This document shows, in pieces, positions 1-38,700 of a DNA stretch of 64,000 nucleotides. The stretch's first letter is position 1, and each line of letters begins with the position of its first letter. The translations under genes and the position numbers were made by a program. The notes under the pieces were generated by a model, which did no database searches, was not told where the DNA came from, and saw nothing but the letters and a program-made list of their open reading frames with translations. This DNA comes from Heteronotia binoei (taxonomy: Eukaryota), in assembly GCF_032191835.1 (NCBI RefSeq), contig NC_083234.1, positions 2,232,001 to 2,296,000 of the forward strand, written 5' to 3'.

Positions 1-14403
<14,403 letters not shown>

Positions 14404-16948
14404 GCACTGCCCGCCTGAGCCTGGAGGCTGCATGGGGAGCGAGACTCCACCTTGGGCTGGAGAGGCCTGGTCTCCACGGAGATCCCTGGGGCCTGGCAAG
14501 TGGTCCAGCCGCAGGAGGGGCATCCTTTTCCTCCCCCAAGAGGGGGGTGGCAGTCGACAAAGACACTGCTCTCCTGCCCGGCTGGAGAGATGAGCGGAGA
14601 CAGGCAAGAGGCTGGGCTGGCTGGCGTGGGAGGCTCCGGCACAGAGTGCTCAAGGGACCTTCTGCCTGCTTGCTTTCTCGTTCTCCTGTGGCAGGTGCTG
14701 TTCTGTCCTCCTGTGGCCTTGTGCCGCTGAAGGGCTTTCTGGGTTGCTTCTATACGGGGCCTGCAGAAGTAGCTGTTAGTCCTCCAAGGTTTTGTACGTG
14801 TGTATATTTATCAAAGGGCCAGTGGAGAAGGCAAGCTGCCCCCCTCCCCCCCCTCGGGAAAGGGTGCTTCTGGGATGCCTCTTGGGGGAGGAGCCCACTC
14901 TTAGCAAAGGCCAGACAGACCTGGAGCTGCGGGGAAGTTGCTTTGTGGGACTGGGGCAAAGAGGGAGAAGGCTGTGCCTGCCCACCCCCACCCAGTGTCT
15001 GGCCCACAGGGCAGGACGTCTCTTGCAGACTCTGCAGGGCTTGGCACTTTGGGAAGTTCCCTTCCAGGAGCAGGACTCTGGGCTGCCGGACAAGTCTGGG
15101 GCAAGTTTTGCAAGCCAAGCTGGCCGTCTCCTCCCCCTTCTCCGGCTGGGGCCAGCGCCTGCGGGACTCTGAGCCGCTCTCCCTCTGGGTCTTAGTGGAA
15201 CTCTTCATCAGACAGAACATTAGAGCTGTTTCTAACCTCTCGGCCACCACTGTGCTCGAAGGAAGAACACAGACCAGACAGCTCTGCCTAGGGTTGCTCC
15301 ACTTTTAAGAGTTTCTAGCCCAAAAGAACACCTGCTGGGGCTCACCATCCACCGACCCTTGCGGGGGGGGAGGGGTTTTAATGTGCTCTGCAGGGAAGCT
15401 GCAGCCCAGCCTCAGCCTGCGGGGCCACTGCCCTCCCCCCATCCCCACTGCTACAGCCGACCCTCAGGGGCTGCAGGCTGGCCCTGGCAGACCCTCTGCC
15501 CTCCTTTGTGTAACTGCCAGTGGCCCAAGCTCAAGCAGTGTGAGCCAGGCTACTCCTGAGCCCGAGGAAGAGGAGGGCATGTTGTGGGCACCTGCATGGC
15601 TAGCAGAAGCTGGCAACGCTCTTGGGCAGGAGCAGCCAGGCATGCCATCTTCTGTCTAGGAATGAGCCCCCCCCCGCCCCAGGCCCACATTTCCCTGCTG
15701 CCCCTTGGCCTCAGCACTGCTCCTGGGAGGTGCCCAGCCCCCAGGGTGGAGGGGAGCAGGCAGGGAAAGTCTCTCCCGCAGCCCAGTGGAGGGGCTGGCT
15801 GAACGGAATCAAAAGGCCCAGCCCCAGAGTTACTCCCCCCCTCCTGTGGTGATCCTCGAGTCACTCCTCTCTTGCTGGGGGCAGGGAGGCAGCTGTGCTC
15901 TTTGTGCCGGAGGCCCTCTGTATGATAACACTGTAAATAGTTGTAATATTAGCCTTTAACTGCCGCAGTTGGTCTCAGTCTCAAGTGAAGGAGGAGGAGC
16001 CAGACAATCTTTTCAGTTTTGTTTTTCTGAAGTAACTGGTTGGCTGCTTTTTGGTATTGTTGGGGCTGGAGGGGTGATGTGGTGTGGGAGGGGGTGCACC
16101 TTAGGGGCTGCGTGCTGGACGCGGTTCTCCCACCCTGTTCCTGGTGACTGGGGTGGTTGCTGCTTAAGAACTGCAGCTCTCTCGAGCCCACCTCACACCT
16201 TTCAGAAACCTGCATTTACCCTTTCCGCTCTCTTCCACCAACCCCCATCCCGTCTTGCACTTCTCAAGCAGGGCCCACGCAGCTGGCATCACCTTCTCGC
16301 TGTGGAGGTGGCAGCTGCCCTCCTCTGGATATCGTGGCTGCCATGGCAGGGGCACCAGCAGGGCTGCAGACCCACCCATGACAGCAGCCCTGATATGTCC
16401 AGAGAAGGGCTGTCTTTGGCCAACCCCAACATCCCAGGCTGCCTGGGGACTCTTTTACCGAAAGCTGAACCAGGAGCGCTTAAAAACTGGGCTGCCTGCA
16501 CCTCCCAAAGCAGGTAATGAAGTTGCAGACCCCTCCCCCTTTTAGGAGGAAGGAGGCCAAAAAGAGAGCTGAACGGTGTGAGCAAACTGCCCCAAGCACC
16601 AGCCACTGAGGCCGGCAAAGAGGCCCCCCCCACCCCAGCAGACCCTGCTTTGGCCAGCTGCTCCAAGGAGGGGGCGAGGGGGGTGTCCCAGCTTGTGGGG
16701 GGAGGGACAGGACGGGAGCTGAAAGGGGTGACCCAGGGCAAGGGCCAGCCCTTCGGAACTGGTCTTCTCTCCCCTTCCTGTCTGCTCTGTGTGAGTCGTG
16801 AACTTTCAACGGAGTAAAAATTGTTGCCTTCAGAGAGAGAGGCCTCTTGGCTACCTTATTTCGGGGGGGGGGGCACAGGGGGAGCAGCGCAGCACCCTGG
16901 AGGAAACCAGAGGCACAAATCCAAGACTCCGGCATAATATACACACTT

Positions 16949-16954
16949 TAATTC
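16949..16954 (-). terminator. Candidate RNF214 poly(A) signal ATTAAA
   Basis: First canonical hexamer on the minus strand after the RNF214 stop (17108), followed by a GU/U-rich tract. Confidence 0.55.
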
Positions 16955-16999
16955 TGAACTAGTCTGTATATGGACCTCCTATACACACATTCCCTATAG

Positions 17000-17005
17000 A
17001 ATAAA
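17000..17005 (+). terminator. Candidate BACE1 poly(A) signal AATAAA
   Basis: First AATAAA I found on + after the BACE1 stop (14403), followed by TGT-rich sequence. Confidence 0.6.
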
Positions 17006-17107
17006 AATGTACATGTGTATACATGGCTGTATAAATATAGAGTTGTAGAAATGCGGGGAGCCCCTCGCGGCAGCAAGTCCCGCCACCGTCGTGTCTCCAT
17101 CGTGGGG

Positions 17108-31843
<14,736 letters not shown>

Positions 31844-32003
31844 CCTCGCTGGTCCCTGCAAGCAACGGGGCCGAAGGTCAGAAGACCCGGGGGGGAGAGG
31901 GACCCCCGGCAGCCCCTTCCCCGGAGGGCAGGCCCCCCCCCCTCCCCCGCCCGGGAGCATGTGCAGAGCGCCCTCCCCTCCCCTCCCCTCCCCCCCCCCT
32001 CAC

Positions 32004-32060
32004 CTGGGCCGCGGGGCTCCTCCTCCTCCGCTGGTGGGCCGGGCGGGCTCGGGGCCGCCG
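32004..32060 (-). other. RNF214: Predicted non-coding exon 1 of RNF214 (5' limit approximate)
   Basis: Donor CAG|GTGAGG. The next acceptor TGCTTGCAG|G gives exon 2 starting at 31855, 12 nt before the ATG at 31843. Confidence 0.55.
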
Positions 32061-32084
32061 GATGTGACGCGCCACGCAGGCCCC

Positions 32085-32164
32085 AGCCCCGCCCCTTCCG
32101 CCGCCGCCCCTTCCTGCCGCCGCCGCCGCCGGAGCCCCGCGCCGCCCATGCCCGCCCCGGAGCG
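32085..32164 (+). other. PCSK7: Predicted non-coding first exon of PCSK7 (5' limit approximate)
   Basis: Donor GAGCG|GTGGGT at 32164/32165. Coding-exon acceptor TTCCTTTGCAG| at 32702/32703. Confidence 0.4.
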
Positions 32165-32249
32165 GTGGGTGCCCCCCGCCCCCCCCCCCTCAGGATCCCC
32201 GAGCAGGACTCGCACCCAAGCCCCTCCCCAGCTCCCCCGAGGAGAGGAA

Positions 32250-32630
32250 GGAAGAACTCCCCCCTGCTGCCCCAGGGAGAATTCGCACCCAAGCCCCCTC
32301 CCGCCCTCTCCCCCAAACTGTCCCACCCAGAGGAGAGTGCACAGAGCAGAGGAAGAACTCCCCCCTGCTAAAACCCCCCAGGCCCAGACTGCCCAAGGGA
32401 GAATTTGCACCCAAGCCCCCTCCCACCCTCTCCCTCAAGCAGTCCTCAGGCCCCAGGCCAGCTGGCAGGTGCTGGAGACTCCCCGGAGGAGAGTGCAGAG
32501 AACAGAGGAAGAACTCCCCCCTGCTAAAACCCCCCAGGCCAAGCCCCCTCCCGCCCTCTCCCCAAACTGTCCCACCCAGCTGGCAGGTGCTGGAGACTCC
32601 CCAGAGGAGAGTGCACAGAGCAGAGCAAGA
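32250..32630 (+). repeat. Mosaic local duplications in the PCSK7 5' intron
   Basis: Blocks AGAGGAAGAACTCCCCCTGCT (x3), CCAAGCCCCCTCCGCCCTCTCCCCAAACTGTCCCACCCAG (x2) and GCTGGCAGGTGCTGGAGACTCCCC (x2) are shuffled. Confidence 0.75.
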
Positions 32631-32714
32631 ATTCCCGCCTGCTTGGCCCAGCAGGTGGGCATCTTTGGAAGAGTCACAATTCTCTGCCCTCTTCCTTTGC
32701 AGCTCGCCTGTCGG

Positions 32715-35700
32715 ATGCTACCCCGGAGCGGGGAGGAGCCGTCATGGAGCACCGTGATGGAGACTGTGCTGTGGGCCCACACCTGCCTCTGGCTAATCCC
32801 GGCCTGGCTCCCTTTGCTGGCGCCCAGTGGATTTGTGGGTGGGGCAGCAGAACCTTGTGGGGCCGCCGGACCGCCTGGGGAGCTGAGGTGGGCAGTGCGC
32901 TTGACCGCTCCCCAGGGGTCTTCTGAGGAGGAGCTGGACAGGCAGGCCGAGGAGCTGGCCCAGGCGGCCGGCCTGGTGAACGTCGGCCGCATTGGAGAGC
33001 TGAGGGGCCACTACCTCTTTGGCTACCAGCCAGGAGACCGTGGGGAGACAGGCCTGGAGGAGGTCCAGCAGCTGGCAGAAGCCGCGTTTGCGCAGCACAA
33101 CCGGGTGACGTGGCACGCTGAGCAGCAGCTCCTCAAGAGGTCCAAGCGCAGCCTGCGCTTCAATGACCCCAAGTACCCCCAGCAGTGGCACCTGGTGAGT
33201 AGGCCTGCCTGCGGCCGCTGTAGACTGAGCTGGGGAGCCCTGTGCATACAGGAATGGGTGAGGTGGCTCTTCTCTACACCCTCCCTCTCAGGTGAGGGGT
33301 AGCCCAGTGTGCCTGCAACAGCTGGTGCCTGAATGACTTGGGGGGAGGGAGGAAAGAGGCAGGAGCAGCAGAGACCCTCTCTGGCGCAAGGAGGCATTTG
33401 GCGGGTGTCTGGCTGTCCCTTTGCGGGGTAGCCGCCCTGAGCCTGCCTTGGCGGGGAGGGTGGGATATAAATAAAAGTTGTTTATTATTATTATTATTAT
33501 TATTATTGATGTAGGGCCTACAGTCCAGCAGGAACTGTGGGTGCCGGGAACTGTGCTTAGTCACCCTGAGCAAACCCCCGGTACCCACTCTGCAGAGGGC
33601 AAGGTGGCTCTCCGTTTGCCAGTCCAACTGTGTCCTCCAACCTCCTTGTCTTTGTGTCCAGAGCAATCGCAAGAGTCCAGGGATGGACATCAATGTGACC
33701 GGCGTGTGGGAGAGAAACGTGACCGGCCAAGGGGTGACGGTGGTGGTGGTGGATGATGGGGTGCAGCACACGATTAAGGACATCCAGCCCAACTACGTGA
33801 GTCACCCCTAGCGGCATCCTTCATGGGGGAGGGAGCTGCACTGGCTGGAGAGGAGGCTGCCCAGGCCCTGGGAGAGGGTGGACTGAACCCAGAATGGAAA
33901 GGCAACCCAGCTTGAGCCTGGAAAGACCCCCAAGCCCAGACCCCGGCTGCTCTGCAGAGGAAGCCCTCGGTGCTTTCAGGTGACAAACAGGAAGGGGCCT
34001 GTCCAGCCAATTCTGAGCAGGGGGCTCAGCAGGCAAAGCACAAAGGGAGCTGAAGGCAGGCTGTGAAGCACTTCCCTCCTTTAGAGGGGGGGAGAACAGT
34101 ATTGCAGGGTGGGGGACAAGACCAGACCCCAAACCCTGTAGCGATCCCAAAGGACTCAAAGCCCCCCAGGCTGAAAGAGTCCTCACAGCGGCAGGACGCA
34201 AAGGCAGAGTCCAGTGGCATCGGTGGGTCGGGCAGCAGCAGCAGCAGCTCTGAAGGTGGGCAGGGCAGGGCAAGGCAAGGCAAGGAAGTGCTGTTGCTTT
34301 GTAGGCCACTGCAGGGCTGAAGGGTCCTGTCCTGGCCTTGCTTCTGGTTCTGTGGGCTCCCAAGTGCTGTTGCAGCAGTGACGGACAAGCTCTGGCAGCA
34401 CAGTGCACCCCCCAGCCCCCCCCCCCCCCACCTCTGGAGGCCTATCTGGGCCTTGCAAGCCGCAGCTAGGAAGCAGTTCAAACTGGAGGAGGAGGACCAG
34501 GAAGCCAGGCTGTTTCCAGGAGGCTGGAGGTGGAGTCCCGGCTTGCTCTGCTTGGCAGCTCTCGTGGTCTTGCTGGAACTCCCTTGTTGCAGCAGGCGAG
34601 GGAGGCCCCGTGCCCCACAGGCAGCGCCGGTAGGTGACTCAGCCCTGCTGCTGTCCAGTGGGGGGGTTCCAGTTTGCCACTGATCCTCTTGTGTTCCCAG
34701 TTGCAACAATTCCGTTATCTTTCTGTTATCCTTGTGGATAGCACAATTGTTCCCTAATATGTGTGGGTTTTGTGTCCCACTTTCATCCAAAGGAGGGAGG
34801 TTTCAGCTCTGGGCTGTGTCTCTTTCAGAGCCCTGAAGGCAGTTATGACTTGAATTCCAACGACCCTGATCCCATGCCCCACCCTGATGAGGAAAATGGG
34901 AACCACCATGGGACCCGATGTGCTGGAGAAATCGCAGCCGTCTCCAACAACAGCTTCTGTGCTGTGGGGGTTGCCTACGGGAGCCGGATTGCAGGTACCT
35001 TGGCAAGATGCTTCCCCCCACCCCCTTGCTGCTTGGGAAGGGCTCACAGCAGGGACTTTATTAGAGGGGCATAGCTAAGCAGACATTTATACAGACATTA
35101 TCTGCGAGGGGGGAAAGGGCAGCCACTGGGCTCCAGAGGGAGAGCCGCTTGGGTCTGTTGCAGCAGAAGTGAATGGGTGCCTTGTGTAGCTTCTAGACTA
35201 ACAAAATTTAATGTCTGCGTAAACTCCCATGGCCCACTTCTTTGCATGCAGCCGTAACCAATGCTGGATGAGCCTGCTTAGCCCAGCTTGGGCCAGGTGT
35301 GTCAGAGCCAGGAAGCTCAGCAGAGTCGGCCCCGGGGAGGACTTGGACCGGAGACCACTGGGGCAGACAGACGGGGCGGCTGTGCAGTGCCAAACCTCCT
35401 CTGCTCATCTCTTGCTGCTGTGGGGGGGGGGGGGGCATGAGTCACTTCTGACCACGAGGCATGTTATTCATTCATGATCAGAGAGCAGGTGAGCAAGAAG
35501 AAAGAAGCGGTCCAGGCTGCATGGACAAGTTTAGGGGATTTTTGCAGGCTTGTGCTTACTATACTTTGCATGGCATGATTAGCAAAACAGTCTCTGGCAG
35601 GGCACACAGCGTGGGTGTCCTGGTGCAGGGCTGGGGCTCAGCATGGCCGGTCAGAGGCCAGGTGACAGAAAGTCACTAGAGCCCAGTCCCAAAGCCCAGG

Positions 35701-38700
35701 GTTCCAGAGAGCAGGCTTGCCAAAGCCCAGTCTGGGGTCAAGGAGCTGCAGGCAGCAAGGCCTGTCCAAACCGGGGGGTTCCAGAAAAGCCAGTTGTCAG
35801 GTCCAGTCCAAGGCTGCAGAAGTGCAGTAACAGCAAGGTTGGTAGTTCAGGAGCAAAGTGTACTTGTTGTGTCCACAAACTTCGGCTTCTCCTGGCTGAA
35901 TTTACAGCCAAGCCTTTTTCAGCTAAACTCCCAGCCAGTTCCTGGTACGAATTGACACATATCTGTACTCTGTGGCTCCGTCTGAATGAGAGACTGAGCA
36001 GAGGAAGAACATTGAAACAGTCTTTAAGTTCCAGAAAGGACAAGTTGTCTTTCTCTCCCAAGTTTGGGCTTCTGTGAGAAAACTTCTCAGTGCACAGCCC
36101 TACAACAGGAGGTGGACTTTGAACCATTTTGATTGCAGCTACAATTGTTTACAGTGGAAGAGCTCTGCAGCACCAGAATTTAGAGAGGCATTGGCACAGA
36201 GTCCTGGAAGTCTGACTATTGTAATTCAGATTTCTGCAGAGATTTTGGCACCATAGGGTGTTCATAGGAAGACATGGAAGCAGTGACAGACTTCACATTT
36301 CTGGGGTTCAAGATCAATGCAGATGGTGACTGTAGCCATGAAATTAAAAGACGTTTGCTCCTTGGGAGGACAGCTATGGCAAACCTGGGCAGTATAATAA
36401 AAAGTAGAGACATCACCCTGCCAACAAAAGTCTGTATAGTCAAAGCGATGGTATTTCCAGTAGTAATGTATGGCTGTGAGAGCTGGACCATAAGGAAGGC
36501 TGAGTACAAAAGAACAGATGCTTTTGAGATGTGGTTCTGGAGAAGAATCTTGAGAGTCCCTTGGACTGCTTTGAAGATCCAATCCGTCAATCCTAAGAGA
36601 AATCAACCCAGAATGTTCCCTGGAAGGTCAGATGGTGAAGCTGGAGCTCCAATACTTTGGCCACCCAATGAGAAGGGAGCACTCCCTGGAGAAGGTCCTG
36701 ATGCTGGGAAAGGCAGAAGGCAAAAGAAGACAGGGACGGCAAAAGAGGAGATGGCTGAGCAGCATTACTGATGTAAGAAACACGAATCTGAGCAGACTTC
36801 AGAGGATGGTGGAAGACAGGAGGGCCTGGCGTGACTCGGTCCAGGGGGTCGCAAAGAGTCGGACTCGACTGTGCAACTGAACAACAACAACCAGGGTGTT
36901 CAATTAATGGCTGAGAGCTGGCTGCAGGCAGCTCTTCAGCTGATAAAGCCCAGGGCGGCCAAACTGCAGCTTGGGAGCCACAAGTGGCTCTTCAGCACAT
37001 ATTGTGTGGCTCTCAAAGCTCCCATCACCTGATCTGCTGACTGGGAGAAGACATTTCTCCCTTTCAGTCATTTCGCCAAGCCAGAGAGTGGCTAGTTGAT
37101 CATGAACTTTCAAAGACTGTGCCCTTCCTGTGTTTTCACTTTAGGTGTGCTGTATGTGAGGGTACATTTATAAGATGGTTTGTAAATTTGTACAGTTGTC
37201 TTATTGCTTCTTTGAGGCTGGTTATCACGGGACCTCAGGGTTTTCTCCTGTCACCCCAGGGGAGTGTGGCAGAAGCAGCTGCTGTGCCCCAACTGTGAGG
37301 GAGGGTGCCCACTGGTTTCCTCTGGCCTTGCAGAGCCTTGGGGCATGCTAGAAGCAGAGCAGAGGCTTTGTGGATGGTGCAGCGGGCAGAGGAGAGTGGT
37401 TGCTGTCAAACGGTCACTTCCTTAGGATTTGTAGAATCTTTCGGGCTCAAGCGCCTTGTTCTACTGGAGAAAGTTTTTCTTCCAGACGTTTTGTTCTCGG
37501 CTGCAGAGAACATCTTCAGTGGCGTTGCAGCCGGAGCATGCGCTCTGACCTTCTTGGCTGCTGAGGAGCCAACATTGTCGCCATGCCAAGCTCACTTTGC
37601 AAAGATACGGTGCTTCCGGAATTCCCAGAGCAGTCCTCTGCCAGTGGGCTTTGTGCCTGTAACTGGCCACAGAAAAGAAGAAGAAGATGATATTGGATTT
37701 ATATCCCGCCCTTCACTCCGAAGAGTCTCAGAGCGGCTCACAATCTCCTTTACCTTCCTCCCCTACAACAGACACCCTGTGAGGTGGGTGGGGCTGAGAG
37801 GGCTCTCACAGCAGCTGCCCTTTCAAGGACAACCTCTGCCAGAGCTACGGCTGACCCAAGGCCATTCCAGCAGGTGCAAGTGGAGGAGTGGGGAATCAAA
37901 CCCGGTTCTCCCAGATAAGAGTCCGCACACTTAACCACTACACCAAACTGGCTCTTTATTAGAGCTATGGCTGACCCAAGGCCATTCCAGCAGGTGTAAG
38001 TGGAGGCGTGGGGAATCAAACCCAGTTCTCCCAGATAAGAGTCCGCACACTTAACCACTGCACCAAACTGGCTCTCAGGCTGGGAGTGTTGGGCTCCGCC
38101 CCCCTCCCCCCGCCTTTGGCGCTGCTAGGCTGCAGTCTCCTGCTTGGCACACAGAGCACATCTTCTGCCTGCTCTGGTCCCTGGGATGCCTCTTTGGCGG
38201 GGAATCGTGCAAGGTGGTTCACCACAGGTGGCTTCGCTCCCGGCAGTGGAGAAAGGATCAGAGCTTCTTGGAAACTGCATCAAGTTTTTTCACAAGAGAG
38301 GCTGCTTCTCCAGCAAGCGAGAGAAGAGAGAGAGCTGCTGGGACGGCTCCTGCCCCCAGCTAAGGAGCGGCTTAGGAGAAGGGGTGCTGCTGCTGCTGGG
38401 AACTGGCTGCAGCTGAGGATCACATCCCTGTCGAAGCCTTGCTGCAGCTGCCTGCCTGGCTCAAGGGGCAGCTTCTCGACTCATAGGCGGGCTGGCTTCC
38501 AGGCCAGGGCTCTGGGTGGAGCAGAAGAAAGTCAGTCTCCGGCAATTTCACATTCATTTCTTGGAACAGAAGAATCTTGCTGGATCCGACTCTCCTGCCC
38601 CACATCCTGTTTCCCATGGAGGCTGCCCAAAGCCCCCCCCCCCCTTGCTGCTGCTCAGAGGCTAAAAGGTCCTTTCGGTCTCACTCAGGCCCTTCAGAAG

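Noticed and set aside
36265-36892. A new horizontal transfer event
   Set aside because: BovB is already widespread in squamates; a single truncated copy cannot show a new transfer.
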